A stretch of 20,000 nucleotides of DNA from an uncultured virus (IMG/VR IMGVR_UViG_3300042901_000352). Taxonomy: Duplodnaviria > Heunggongvirae > Uroviricota > Caudoviricetes. Positions 1 to 8,936 of the stretch are shown here, piece by piece; position 1 is the first letter of the stretch, and every line of letters begins with the position of its first letter. Location of the stretch: the IMG/VR virus record IMGVR_UViG_3300042901_000352, one strand, 5' to 3'. The notes below the pieces were generated by a model. The model worked only from the letters and a program-made list of their open reading frames with translations, was not told the DNA's origin and did no database searches. Made by a program: the position numbers and the translations under genes.

Positions 1-354
1 ACCAGCTACAATGTCACCAGCCGTAGGATCAGCACCAGCCATCGTTTTGATTGATTTAACACCTAAACCAGACACATTGACGGTTAATGCACCTGTATTG
101 GTTACTGCTGCTTTATATAGCAAGCACAACATAGGCGTGTAGCCAATTAGAGCAGTGCTAGGCGTTAATATGTGACCTGTTGCTGTACCTGTATCGGTTG
201 CAGTCACTAAAATAGCGCCAGTAAAGCCATTAAGCGTTTCTTTTAATACTGTCTTAAGTAGTCTTAAATGATCGTCGCCTTGACTCTTTGGATCAGATGA
301 CGTTGGATTTGTAATAGCCAAGTCATTAATATAATTTCCGCTTTCTAATGCCAT
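1..354 (-). CDS. Tail fibre / tail structural protein, N-terminal part (runs off the window start)
   Basis: Not in the ORF track. Hand translation from ATG at 354 is open to base 1: MALESGNYINDLAITNPTSSDPKSQGDDHLRLLKTVLKETL...AAVTNTGALTVNVSGLGVKSIK. The GDDHLRLLK and NTGALTxNVxGLG motifs are typical of phage tail-fibre N-termini. It lies downstream of the head genes. Confidence 0.7.
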   Translation of the reverse strand, partial: MALESGNYINDLAITNPTSSDPKSQGDDHLRLLKTVLKETLNGFTGAILVTATDTGTATGHILTPSTALIGYTPMLCLLYKAAVTNTGALTVNVSGLGVKSIKTMAGADPTAGDIVAG

Positions 355-357
355 TTC

Positions 358-966
358 TTACCCCTGTTTGGTAGCCATAGCTGCATCTTGATTCCAGTTT
401 GCGATATTAGCTCGTTCTTTGTCTGCATTATACAATGATTCCATTGCTCCAACCATTTCTGCATCTCTAATAAACGTTGCTGCGTATATCAAACAGCAAT
501 GTAAATACATGTCAGGATAAGCAGTTAATAAATCATTAGTTGGATTGCTATCACTTAATGAAGGAACTGTGCAGTTATACTCTAAAACAATATCATAGTC
601 ACCATTAGGAATAGGTCCTAACTTTAGCTTAGTGTTTAATATACTATAACTTTGTGGAATATTGCTTGTGTAACTACCCCATCTATTTCTCAATAATTGC
701 GCTGGCATTTTATCAAGAACATACATAACACTACCCATAGTAATAGTAGCATCAACCATGCTTCTAAAATCAGAAGGTAATGGAACTGTATCACTGCCAG
801 AAACAGTTGTTATTGTTGTTGATTTTTGAAGTTGGTCAACATCTAATTCTAAAGACATTCTGCTTTCAGCCAGCGTTATAAAGTCTGGTATAACAGCAGA
901 TAAATCGTTGCGATGAATCCAGTTAGCTATTGAGCTTTTAAGTTCTGTAAAATTAGATAATGCCAT
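358..966 (-). CDS. Head-tail adaptor / head completion protein
   Basis: 202 aa. The N-terminus (NFTELKSSIANWIHRNDL..IPDFITLAESR) and C-terminal NxLLxxYPDxYL pattern resemble podophage-type adaptor proteins. It lies between the capsid and tail genes. Confidence 0.65.
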   Translation of the reverse strand: MALSNFTELKSSIANWIHRNDLSAVIPDFITLAESRMSLELDVDQLQKSTTITTVSGSDTVPLPSDFRSMVDATITMGSVMYVLDKMPAQLLRNRWGSYTSNIPQSYSILNTKLKLGPIPNGDYDIVLEYNCTVPSLSDSNPTNDLLTAYPDMYLHCCLIYAATFIRDAEMVGAMESLYNADKERANIANWNQDAAMATKQG

Positions 967-1250
967 TACACTTTACCTTTCCAGATTCTAAAACCTTCTA
1001 AACTTTTATCGTTTAAAAGAGTTTTTATATGTTCTTTATTACGCATAAACTCGGTGAACGTTATCCCAGTCCTATTGATATAAGACTCAATAATCACCAT
1101 AGGAATAGTTGCAGCGTGTTTCATCTCATGACTGCCAGTATTTCCTTGCTCAACACTTTCTTTTACATTATCAAGAATCTGAGTAGTATCTTGAAAAGAT
1201 TGAACAATTACTTTGTCATCTTGATTAACAAAACGAGTTTGCATTTCCAT
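966..1250 (-). CDS. Conserved phage hypothetical protein (head region)
   Basis: About 94 aa, with 1-nt stop/start overlaps to both neighbours. ATG at 1250 is preferred over TTG at 1253. C-terminus FRIWKGKV. Confidence 0.6.
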   Translation of the reverse strand: MEMQTRFVNQDDKVIVQSFQDTTQILDNVKESVEQGNTGSHEMKHAATIPMVIIESYINRTGITFTEFMRNKEHIKTLLNDKSLEGFRIWKGKV

Positions 1251-1552
1251 CAAACATTATCCAACGGGATCACGTTTACTTTACCTGCTGCTGTATCTTG
1301 TATTGCTGCAACATGCGTATTACCACTAACAACAATATATAACTCTTCATTCGGCTGTAGAAGTATATCATTACCAGTTGCTGTAACTGATGAATCACCT
1401 ATCTTTACAAACGCATAAGCTGTTGATGCAATTCTTAAATAACTAGGTTTTTGAGCTGCTGCGTTAGTTGGTATTGTAATTCTTGTAGATGTTGCGCCAG
1501 TTGTAATTGTACTGCCAACTGCGCCAATCTGTAGTGCATCACTAAACGACAT
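1250..1552 (-). CDS. Small virion structural protein (possible head decoration protein)
   Basis: 100 aa, Thr/Ala/Gly-rich and beta-strand-like, directly after the major capsid gene. AAGGA RBS upstream. Confidence 0.55.
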   Translation of the reverse strand: MSFSDALQIGAVGSTITTGATSTRITIPTNAAAQKPSYLRIASTAYAFVKIGDSSVTATGNDILLQPNEELYIVVSGNTHVAAIQDTAAGKVNVIPLDNV

Positions 1553-1565
1553 AATATTTTTCCTT

Positions 1566-1595
1566 TAAAAGGCGAGTGGGATTTTACACCCACTC
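1566..1595 (-). terminator. Hairpin / probable weak intrinsic terminator after the major capsid gene
   Basis: Stem GAGTGGG/CCCACTC (1574-1595) with an 8-nt loop. It is followed by GCCTTTT on the minus strand and TATTTT on the plus strand. Confidence 0.55.
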
Positions 1596-1605
1596 TATTT
1601 TAATC

Positions 1606-2589
1606 TTACAACAAGTCTTTTACTGCACCAGAAGCTTTCTCTTGACGAGATTCTAATGTGTATTCAACTGTGATAAGTTTTTTATCAGCATCACCAGTTT
1701 TAGCTAAATCAACTGTTTCAAAAGGACGTAAAGTTGCCAATGCCCATTTATCAGTTTCCAAAATAAATGCAGTTCTTGCACGTTGGAATCTGTTTGGCAT
1801 GATTTGTAAAGTACCAAAGTCACTTACATAAACATCAACAGCAGCTGTTACTGATTTGTCTTCTGACTTGTCGAAACGAGTAGAGCCACCAGTAAAGGTT
1901 GAGAATGTTTGTTTTTGACTTGGACCGACCATAATCATGTCGGGTTCGCCACCTTGCGCATAGATGCTTTGTAATACTGATTTTACTTGAGATTCCAAGA
2001 AAGCACGTTGAGTACCGTCAGTTGGAGGCGCCCAAGAACCCATAGTATAAACAGGAGCAACACCAGAAGCACCTAAGTCTACGTTAGTTGCAATCCAACC
2101 TTCAAGACCACGCAAATAACGAGCAGCAGATGTAGAACCTGCGCAAGTTGCAGTATTTGCAGCGTTAGAAACAGCTCCAGCAGTACCGTTAGCAGCCGAA
2201 CACAATGCAGCTTCCATATCTCTTTTAAGCTCAGAAGCTTTCATAGAGATTTGATAACCTAGTTCATTGTTACGACCAGCAGCCTTAACTGATTGGTTAG
2301 TACCTGAAATAACAACGTTTTTAGTTGAGATTTGAGTGTAGTTACCTAAACGAGTTGTTGGTGTTACAGTGCCGAAAGTTGAAACGTCATCACCCTCGAT
2401 TTGAGCATTAGAAGTTACCGCTGCTAAATCTTGAGTTTGCCATTCATGAAAAGTGTTAGTTGCTTTTACTTTAGGAATTGCCGACATAAATGGAGTTTTA
2501 GTCGGAGTGATTTGATAAATCATATTTGTCAAATCTTCACGAATACCTTTAGCTTGAAAAGTCTGATATGTACCAGATACAATTGCCAT
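1606..2589 (-). CDS. Major capsid protein (DUF5309/SU10-like, HK97 fold)
   Basis: 327 aa with the motifs GIREDLTNMIYQITPTKTPF, HEWQTQDL, RLGNYTQI, ELKRDME, YVSDFG and LAKTGDA characteristic of this capsid family. It follows the scaffold gene. Confidence 0.9.
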   Translation of the reverse strand: MAIVSGTYQTFQAKGIREDLTNMIYQITPTKTPFMSAIPKVKATNTFHEWQTQDLAAVTSNAQIEGDDVSTFGTVTPTTRLGNYTQISTKNVVISGTNQSVKAAGRNNELGYQISMKASELKRDMEAALCSAANGTAGAVSNAANTATCAGSTSAARYLRGLEGWIATNVDLGASGVAPVYTMGSWAPPTDGTQRAFLESQVKSVLQSIYAQGGEPDMIMVGPSQKQTFSTFTGGSTRFDKSEDKSVTAAVDVYVSDFGTLQIMPNRFQRARTAFILETDKWALATLRPFETVDLAKTGDADKKLITVEYTLESRQEKASGAVKDLL

Positions 2590-2608
2590 CTTAATTACCT
2601 ACTATAAT

Positions 2609-3550
2609 TTAATTACCAAACATGACAGCAAACGCTGCTGCCGCATCATTAAGTGATCCAGATTTTGCCAACCTAGATTTAGCTTCATCAAGTCCAGATT
2701 TTTGTATATTACTGTTACCTGATCGCTCAATTCTCGGTGGTAAATTCTCAACCTTTTTATTAGAACTTCTAGCTTGATTAACAAGTTTGTCATATCTCAT
2801 AGCATTTAACGCCAATTTGATATTAGCTGCTCTTGATTCATTCAAGTTCAACAAGTCTTGCTTAGAGTATCCCTGATTTGTAAGATAGCTTATTAGCTCT
2901 TGCTCTTCAGATGTTCTCTTAGTTTTGTCATGCCATTCTGGAATAATATCAAGTAAGCGCTTGCCTTCTTGCTCCAAGTGCTGGCTTAAATATTCTCGCT
3001 CTTGAACTTGTTGTTGTTGCATAAGGTATTGCTGAGTTGCGTTTGCCTTATTAACTTCAACCTGTCTAGCTTCGAATAATTCCTTTTGCCTCAAGTATTC
3101 GTGTGGGTTGTTCTCTAACAAATCTTTCCAGTTGGGTTGGCTTTGTTGCGCCCATTGCTGTGCTACATTTTGAAAGTGTTGTACCGCATTACTTAATACT
3201 TGTTGCTGTTGTAGATAAGCTTCTCTTTGAGATTCTGCTTCTTTTCTTATCGCTGCTGCTTCCTCAAAACGTTGAGTTGAAGCTTTATTGATTTGATAAT
3301 TAGCAATTAATTCATCTCTATCGACTTGCTTTTCTACACCATCTACCTTAACAGTAAAAATATCATTAGCAGGCTTTTGAGTATCTTGCTCTTGTCCTTG
3401 ATCGGAGGAGCCTTCATCATCAGACTGATAACCTTGTTCTTCTTGCGTTAAGTATGCACTGAGCAACTCTGCATCTGAGTCACTGGTTGATTGTCCAGTA
3501 TCCGATTGCTCAATTGGTTCAGCGCCATAATTGGTAGCTTCATTTTCCAT
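2609..3550 (-). CDS. Capsid scaffolding protein
   Basis: 313 aa. Acidic disordered N-terminus, FTVKVDGVEKQVDRDELIANYQ motif and a Gln-rich coiled coil. It lies immediately upstream of the capsid gene. Confidence 0.85.
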   Translation of the reverse strand: MENEATNYGAEPIEQSDTGQSTSDSDAELLSAYLTQEEQGYQSDDEGSSDQGQEQDTQKPANDIFTVKVDGVEKQVDRDELIANYQINKASTQRFEEAAAIRKEAESQREAYLQQQQVLSNAVQHFQNVAQQWAQQSQPNWKDLLENNPHEYLRQKELFEARQVEVNKANATQQYLMQQQQVQEREYLSQHLEQEGKRLLDIIPEWHDKTKRTSEEQELISYLTNQGYSKQDLLNLNESRAANIKLALNAMRYDKLVNQARSSNKKVENLPPRIERSGNSNIQKSGLDEAKSRLAKSGSLNDAAAAFAVMFGN

Positions 3551-3573
3551 TGTTTTTCTCTTTTAAATTAAAT

Positions 3574-3604
3574 TACAAAAGCGGTTAGCATTTTTTGCCA
3601 CCGC
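3574..3604 (-). terminator. Terminator-like hairpin overlapping the micro-ORF stop
   Basis: Minus strand reads GCGGT-GGCA-aaaaa-TGCT-a-ACCGC followed by TTTTGTAA. Confidence 0.45.
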
Positions 3605-3632
3605 CTCCTTTACCTTTTCCTTTACCTTTCAT
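3585..3632 (-). CDS. 15-aa basic micro-peptide MKGKGKGKGGGGKKC
   Basis: Hand translation: ATG AAA GGT AAA GGA AAA GGT AAA GGA GGC GGT GGC AAA AAA TGC TAA. It starts 6 nt after the upstream stop, and glycine codons vary at third positions. Confidence 0.55.
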   Translation of the reverse strand: MKGKGKGKGGGGKKC

Positions 3633-3638
3633 AGTATC

Positions 3639-3914
3639 TTACTCGTAAGGAATGAATGTATCGCCAGCAGTTTCTATTCCTGCTAATGGACCTTTTATAA
3701 CTTTTGGGTGACTATATCTTACATGATAATGCTCAATGTCAACCAATGTTGGTGTAATTATATGCTTAATTCTAAGATTTTCATCTTTTAATTCTAAACT
3801 TAACACCCACTCTATGAACGCATTGAAGTCAAAGTTAGGTTTGCGAGTTCTCCGCTTACTATCAGATTCTTCAATAATTGTTGATGGTGTTGCATCGCCT
3901 TCAATTGTCGCCAT
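3639..3914 (-). CDS. Hypothetical protein
   Basis: The ORF track gives 3639-3959. ATG at 3914 (MATIEGDATP...) is the more plausible start. It fills the gap ahead of the scaffold gene. Confidence 0.5.
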   Translation of the reverse strand: MATIEGDATPSTIIEESDSKRRTRKPNFDFNAFIEWVLSLELKDENLRIKHIITPTLVDIEHYHVRYSHPKVIKGPLAGIETAGDTFIPYE

Positions 3915-4078
3915 ATTTCTTCTCGCTCTTGTCTTGTTAGTCCTTCGCCATTTAGCCACTTGTCGAAATACATATCTTCAAGCTTTCTAAATGCTTCATT
4001 AAATAATGGGTGGCTGATTAACCATTCCGCCTGTTGCTGTCTGGTAATTGCCTGGTTGGCTTGCTGTTCCAAATCCAT
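3812..4078 (-). CDS. Small helical portal-adjacent protein
   Basis: 88 aa. The pattern AEWLISHPLFNEAF...W...EREEIW...SGELA is typical of the small gene following the portal in this kind of phage head module. Confidence 0.7.
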   Translation of the reverse strand: MDLEQQANQAITRQQQAEWLISHPLFNEAFRKLEDMYFDKWLNGEGLTRQEREEIWRQLKAMQHHQQLLKNLIVSGELANLTLTSMRS

Positions 4079-6092
4079 TCATCATGTCCCGTTCAATCAT
4101 ATTATTGTTTAACTCTTCTTGCTTCATGCCAATCTTTGCAGCTATTTCTTCACGCTTCAGCATGATATCAGCTTCCAGCTTCATTTTATCATGAGCAATC
4201 TTAGCCATTAGTTCTTTATCTCTTAACTGCAATGTTGCAACAGCTTCTCTTTCCTTTAGTTGCATTGTACGCTCATTAATCTGAATCGCAGCTTGTATTT
4301 GCATAGTCGTTGGATCAGGAGGAGGCTGTTGTTCTGGTTGTTGCTGTTGTTCAGCAGGATTTTTAAAGAACTGCTCAGGATTAGCAAATCCTAATACCTC
4401 TGCCATCTTTATAGCGCCATTATAGAACTCTTGTGGTCCAGTCAATCCATATTCAGCCGTACCTTTCATTAATAAACCTAATGTATTTAACTTTTGCTCT
4501 ATCTGATCCTTGTTTCCAGTTCCTAATCCAACCGACACATTAAGATTAAATTGGTTTTTCCATTCTCTAGGATCAATATCAACCCATTTGCCATTAGTTG
4601 CTTTTATGCGCTCAACATTGTCTTGGTATTTACTAACAAGCTCTAATACTTTTAAGAATAAGTTTCTGACACCAGTTTCAGCAAAGTTTCTGGCAATCAA
4701 TTCTAATCGACTGTCTGCTCGATTAGTTATGATGTTCATTCCTGTTGCAGTTTGGTTCAATGCGTCAGGATTTGTTCCTTGACTATATCTAGTAAATCCA
4801 GTCCTATTCTCTTTTGCTTGCTCTACAATCTCAAGTAAACTTGTAGCTCCAGACATATCCCCATTGCCAGACTGCAATGCACCAACAGCATTAGGAGTCT
4901 TGACCCTTACGATACCACCAGGTCTTGATGTTAATAGATCATCCATGTTTACTTGACCTTCAAGCGCCCATGAACGACCATTGACTGATAAATATAAATT
5001 ATCAATCATTGCACGCATTAAGGAAGTCTTTGTGCGTTGTGATTCCATTGCAAGGTCAGCAACACTCAATCCAAAAAACTGATGTGGCATTGGAATTGGT
5101 GTAATAGTTACAAAAGGATTTCCATCACATTCAATATTATCTAATAAACTATTTCCACAGCGTGTAATCTTGCGCCATTCTGGTATGCCATCTCCATTGA
5201 CATCAACCTTCATGTAGCATTCTGTCACCCAGACAACTCTGCTTGTTTTGTCGCTTGTTTGTGAGCTATTTCCACCATCAGTGTAAGGCATATCATCGTA
5301 GAAAGTACGACGTTCAACACGCTCTTGCTGAAATGCTCCATCTAATTCATCACTAGACAACTCATCAACGTTTTTATATCCAGCTTCACGCAATTGACCA
5401 ATTGTACGTTCAAATCTATGTGCAACAAAGTCAGCATCTTGTATATTCTTTGCACGTCTGCTAATTAAAAACTCTTCTGGTGGAACGTTCTCGATGCGTG
5501 TAAATCCTTTTGTCTTCTTACGTTTAACAGCAACGTTATATAACATTGCTCCAGTTTCATTATCAATAAACGTTGAGTTTTCAATTGGCTCAACTGTTGT
5601 ATCGCTAAGAAGCATTGTTAATTCAATCTCATCAAGACCGTTATAATCTTCTCTTGCTTCATCTTCAATTGTGTCCCACCAAAGCTTTAATACACCTACC
5701 TTGCTAAGCAAAGCATCTTTAAACCATGTATGAAATACTGTAAATCCGTTGTTCTGAACTCTTAAGACATAATCGTTTATGTAAGTTGTAGCGCATCTTG
5801 CTTGTTCTTCATACTGCTCTGCTTTTGCTTCAAACTCAACAACCTTATCAGTTCCAACAAACATCTTTAACAATGATGGCAACATCCATTCAACTGTATC
5901 TAATACATCTGTCGAAACAACGCTTGACCTACCGTCAATTGCAGGTGGAGCAAGATCACGAATAGGCTTAGCCATATAATAATCAAGCGCCCTCATTCTT
6001 TGGTCACTAAGTTCGCCAGAGCCATAACCAAGCGACTGCTTAATCTCTTGATCTGTTAGCGCCTTAAGTTCATCATCTGTCATCATTGCCAT
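3999..6092 (-). CDS. Portal protein (P22/SU10-like long portal)
   Basis: 697 aa following terL. Motifs GRSSVVSTDVLDTVEWMLPSL, RIENVPPEEF, DVNGDGIPE, DDLLTSRPGGIVRV and ELIARNFAETG, with a Gln/Pro linker and coiled-coil C-terminus. Confidence 0.92.
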   Translation of the reverse strand: MAMMTDDELKALTDQEIKQSLGYGSGELSDQRMRALDYYMAKPIRDLAPPAIDGRSSVVSTDVLDTVEWMLPSLLKMFVGTDKVVEFEAKAEQYEEQARCATTYINDYVLRVQNNGFTVFHTWFKDALLSKVGVLKLWWDTIEDEAREDYNGLDEIELTMLLSDTTVEPIENSTFIDNETGAMLYNVAVKRKKTKGFTRIENVPPEEFLISRRAKNIQDADFVAHRFERTIGQLREAGYKNVDELSSDELDGAFQQERVERRTFYDDMPYTDGGNSSQTSDKTSRVVWVTECYMKVDVNGDGIPEWRKITRCGNSLLDNIECDGNPFVTITPIPMPHQFFGLSVADLAMESQRTKTSLMRAMIDNLYLSVNGRSWALEGQVNMDDLLTSRPGGIVRVKTPNAVGALQSGNGDMSGATSLLEIVEQAKENRTGFTRYSQGTNPDALNQTATGMNIITNRADSRLELIARNFAETGVRNLFLKVLELVSKYQDNVERIKATNGKWVDIDPREWKNQFNLNVSVGLGTGNKDQIEQKLNTLGLLMKGTAEYGLTGPQEFYNGAIKMAEVLGFANPEQFFKNPAEQQQQPEQQPPPDPTTMQIQAAIQINERTMQLKEREAVATLQLRDKELMAKIAHDKMKLEADIMLKREEIAAKIGMKQEELNNNMIERDMMNGFGTASQPGNYQTATGGMVNQPPII

Positions 6093-6119
6093 TTTAATTA
6101 GCCTTTTATATGTGTATGC

Positions 6120-7376
6120 TTAATTATAACCTAAACTTAAATATTTTAACTTTCCACCCCATGTTTCATTATTCATTTGTTGTTCAGCCATTGCTATGTA
6201 TCTGAAACAGTCAGCTCCATGACTGCTCTCATCATGCAACGGAGCGCCAAATTCACCAGTAGATTGATTCTGTGTTCTTCTATAACGCTTCAATCTATTG
6301 ACTATTTCTTGTGCTTTTTCATCAATCCATACACGGCTGAACATCATTCTTGAAGCTCTAATTCCTTCTTCAATGTCATTCCTTCCCAATACAATAACCG
6401 TTCGTCCCATAGCTTGCAATATTTCTTCTGTTGACTTTCCTGACTTAAAATCTTTATTGCGCCCATCGTGAGGTATAAAATCAGTTCCCCAGTTCAATGC
6501 TTTGTTTTTTATCTCATCAACGTAACTATCCAATGTCCTGTGACTGTCTTCGATATAATCAATAATTCTTATCTCACCAGAACCAGATCGCTGTACAAAT
6601 CCTATACTCATTGAATCGTTCCAACCTAAATCCCATACTGTATGAACTTTTAATAGTGGATCGTATGGTGCTTTTCCTAATCTTTTCTCAGATTGCATAC
6701 GTGTTATTTCAAGTGCATAAATAGCACCCTCGACAGCAGGACGACATTCTCCTTCCCATACTGTTTTATAACCTTCAGGATCACGCCTTAACCAATTAAC
6801 ACGCTCCTTCTCAAGCTCATCAGGAAACCACGGATTATCAGAGTAGTTGCACTTTATAATAATTGCTTCGTCATTATCTGACAAAACAAATCTTTTATAC
6901 GTTTCATCAGTATCTAACTCAGGATTAAATGTAATCCATATTTCACTTCCAGGCTTTCTAATCGTCGGTATTAAAACATCCCATGATTTTTTAGTACAAA
7001 CTTGAGCTTCCTCAACCCAACATATGTCCACACCTTCAAATGACTTTAAGTTTGTAATGCCTTGTTGACGAATACCTGCAAAACTAAACTCAGAGCCATT
7101 GATGCCAACTATCTTTGTTTCAAGAACAGTAAACATGTGCTGTAAACCAAGCATATCAATCTGATCTTTCAGTAACTTATGTACTGATTCTTGTATTGAC
7201 TTCTGTGTTTCACGAGCGCAAAGAACTCTTATAGGTTCATTAACAGACTTAATAATTAATGCTCTTGCAACACTCCAACTTTTACCTGATCCACGTCCAC
7301 CATAAATGACTTTATATCGTTTTTGCTTAAATATATCTTTAAGACTTGGAGGAAACTTTGCCTTAATCGTCGCCAA
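6120..7376 (-). CDS. terL: Terminase large subunit (PBSX-like ATPase plus RNase H-like nuclease)
   Basis: Walker A YGGRGSGKS, Walker B ICWVEEAQ, coupling motif TFNP, and nuclease acidic motifs WDLGWND and HDESSHGAD. TTG start. Confidence 0.95.
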   Translation of the reverse strand: MATIKAKFPPSLKDIFKQKRYKVIYGGRGSGKSWSVARALIIKSVNEPIRVLCARETQKSIQESVHKLLKDQIDMLGLQHMFTVLETKIVGINGSEFSFAGIRQQGITNLKSFEGVDICWVEEAQVCTKKSWDVLIPTIRKPGSEIWITFNPELDTDETYKRFVLSDNDEAIIIKCNYSDNPWFPDELEKERVNWLRRDPEGYKTVWEGECRPAVEGAIYALEITRMQSEKRLGKAPYDPLLKVHTVWDLGWNDSMSIGFVQRSGSGEIRIIDYIEDSHRTLDSYVDEIKNKALNWGTDFIPHDGRNKDFKSGKSTEEILQAMGRTVIVLGRNDIEEGIRASRMMFSRVWIDEKAQEIVNRLKRYRRTQNQSTGEFGAPLHDESSHGADCFRYIAMAEQQMNNETWGGKLKYLSLGYN

Positions 7377-7665
7377 ATGAAACCTCTATCCTGTGGACTA
7401 TTGCTCCACCATCTGCACCAGTTACAGTATTGTCACTTCTTGCTAGCTTTGGAACATGATATTCAATAACACTTTGAAATAACTGAAACGCACGCTCTGG
7501 ATTTGTTTCAGCCACTTGGTCAAGCCATCCTGTTAATCTGTGAGCATTTCCATCAACAAAATCTGCAATAGCCTCTCTTGCTTGTGCTGTTGCCTTGTTT
7601 GGAGTTCCTTTTACTCGTCCAAGCCCTCTATTTCCTGCTCTATTTTTTTCTGTATTATCTTCCAT
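7363..7665 (-). CDS. terS: Terminase small subunit
   Basis: 100 aa overlapping the terL start. GRVKGTPNKAT motif and C-terminal VTGADGGAI. Confidence 0.8.
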   Translation of the reverse strand: MEDNTEKNRAGNRGLGRVKGTPNKATAQAREAIADFVDGNAHRLTGWLDQVAETNPERAFQLFQSVIEYHVPKLARSDNTVTGADGGAIVHRIEVSFGDD

Positions 7666-7694
7666 AGATAAACCTACTTTACGAAATATTTATT

Positions 7695-7823
7695 TTAAAA
7701 ATACTGCGATTTCCAATTAATAAACGCCACCTTTGGTGACTCACCATAAGCAACTCTATCAGCACTATAACATTTCCAGTAATTGCCAACCCATTTAATC
7801 TTTGGTTTTGTAGCTTTGTTCAT
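7695..7823 (-). CDS. Small hypothetical protein (42 aa)
   Basis: Hand translation: MNKATKPKIKWVGNYWKCYSADRVAYGESPKVAFINWKSQYF. It is co-oriented with its neighbours. Confidence 0.5.
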   Translation of the reverse strand: MNKATKPKIKWVGNYWKCYSADRVAYGESPKVAFINWKSQYF

Positions 7824-7887
7824 CTGCCTTAAACCTCATTACTTTTTTCTTTCTATTCTTGTTGCTTGTCTTTAATGCCATTAATTA

Positions 7888-8004
7888 TTACCTTGTATGT
7901 ACTGGCATATCATTCTTCAAGCTATACAACATCATCCAATTTGTATGTTTACATATAGCAATTTGTTTTGGCGCACTGAATAAGTTAATTGGTGGAAATC
8001 TCAT
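7888..8004 (-). CDS. Small hypothetical protein (38 aa)
   Basis: ATGA overlap with the upstream stop. MRFPPINLFSAPKQIAICKHTNWMMLYSLKNDMPVHTR. Confidence 0.4.
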   Translation of the reverse strand: MRFPPINLFSAPKQIAICKHTNWMMLYSLKNDMPVHTR

Positions 8005-8225
8005 TTTAGTTCATCCTCTTCCATCATATCCTGCCAACGTCCTAAAGCATCAATAGCTTCTTGTACATCTTGTTCAATGTCCTTTGCTCCTCTATCACCA
8101 GCACATAAAAGTTTTTTAATTGCATGTTGCAGACATGGATCAGTAACACCGTACAATGAAAGTACACGGTAAACATCAACAGCATTTAAATGAACTGTAT
8201 TTTTAAAATAATGATTGTGCTTCAT
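8001..8225 (-). CDS. DUF3310-like phage protein
   Basis: 74 aa. The pattern HY...DVYRVL..YGVTDPCLQHAIKKLLCAG.RG.KD..QD..EA resembles the DUF3310-like small helical phage family. Confidence 0.6.
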   Translation of the reverse strand: MKHNHYFKNTVHLNAVDVYRVLSLYGVTDPCLQHAIKKLLCAGDRGAKDIEQDVQEAIDALGRWQDMMEEDELK

Positions 8226-8365
8226 TACAGCCTCATCACAAGGACAAAAGCTTTTATCCTGCTCATAGTATTAACTGCTTCTAAAAACGCCTCTAATTGC
8301 GCTTCAGTTGGCATTTTATTCATTTTATCTGCCATGTCATAAAAATATTCAACATCATCCATCAT
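8225..8365 (-). CDS. Small hypothetical protein (46 aa)
   Basis: MMDDVEYFYDMADKMNKMPTEAQLEAFLEAVNTMSRIKAFVLVMRL, with a TAATG overlap into the next gene. Confidence 0.5.
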   Translation of the reverse strand: MMDDVEYFYDMADKMNKMPTEAQLEAFLEAVNTMSRIKAFVLVMRL

Positions 8366-8404
8366 TTCTTCTCATAATTAAATATAAACCATACAAAACA
8401 GCAA

Positions 8405-8506
8405 TCATCTAAACACCAACCTAACAATGCCAGCTAACAATATAAAAAAATATACCAACAAAACAAATGGTAGCAAATACCAACGTATTACATAATCTTT
8501 TTTCAT
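8405..8506 (-). CDS. Small single-pass membrane peptide (33 aa)
   Basis: MKKDYVIRWYLLPFVLLVYFFILLAGIVRLVFR. GGAG upstream and an ATGA overlap with the preceding ORF. Confidence 0.5.
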   Translation of the reverse strand: MKKDYVIRWYLLPFVLLVYFFILLAGIVRLVFR

Positions 8507-8640
8507 AACTCCAATTCCTTTCTTTCTTGTTGAAATTTACCATCGTGTAACACCACCTCGTCATTAATCTTAATTGCTTTTGCTTGTACTGTTCCAAAAA
8601 CTTCTTCAACCTCTTTTATAAGCTCTAAAATTTCATTCAA
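8503..8640 (-). CDS. Small hypothetical protein (45 aa, TTG start)
   Basis: MNEILELIKEVEEVFGTVQAKAIKINDEVVLHDGKFQQERKELEL. It is coupled by short overlaps to both neighbours. Confidence 0.45.
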   Translation of the reverse strand: MNEILELIKEVEEVFGTVQAKAIKINDEVVLHDGKFQQERKELEL

Positions 8641-8866
8641 TAGATTCTCTCAATTTTTGTCGTAATCTTCTTTCGCATCTTTCTTTGTTTAATCTTTCTT
8701 TATTAGCAAAATAAAACAAAGATTTTTTTTCTTTTATTTTTTCTTTATTTTTTTCTTCATAAACTTTATCCCTATCATTTCCAATTTCTTTATTTTTTAA
8801 ACGATAAATTCTTTTTGCTAATTTTTGTTTATTTAATCTTTCTTCATTATCCATTTCAAAACTCAC
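8633..8866 (-). CDS. Highly charged (Lys/Arg/Glu) hypothetical protein
   Basis: 77 aa (or ATG at 8854), very A-rich, with repeated YxxxNKExxxE units. Confidence 0.5.
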   Translation of the reverse strand: MSFEMDNEERLNKQKLAKRIYRLKNKEIGNDRDKVYEEKNKEKIKEKKSLFYFANKERLNKERCERRLRQKLRESIE

Positions 8867-8936
8867 TTAGTTATATTAAAAATTAATATAACATAATTAG
8901 TCCTTCATGTCTTTTAATTTTATCCATACAATTCCT

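Noticed and set aside
8421..8609. 62-aa minus-strand ORF in the track
   Set aside because: Two alternative-frame ORFs (8503-8640 and 8405-8506) have coupled start/stop overlaps and better RBSs and explain the region better.
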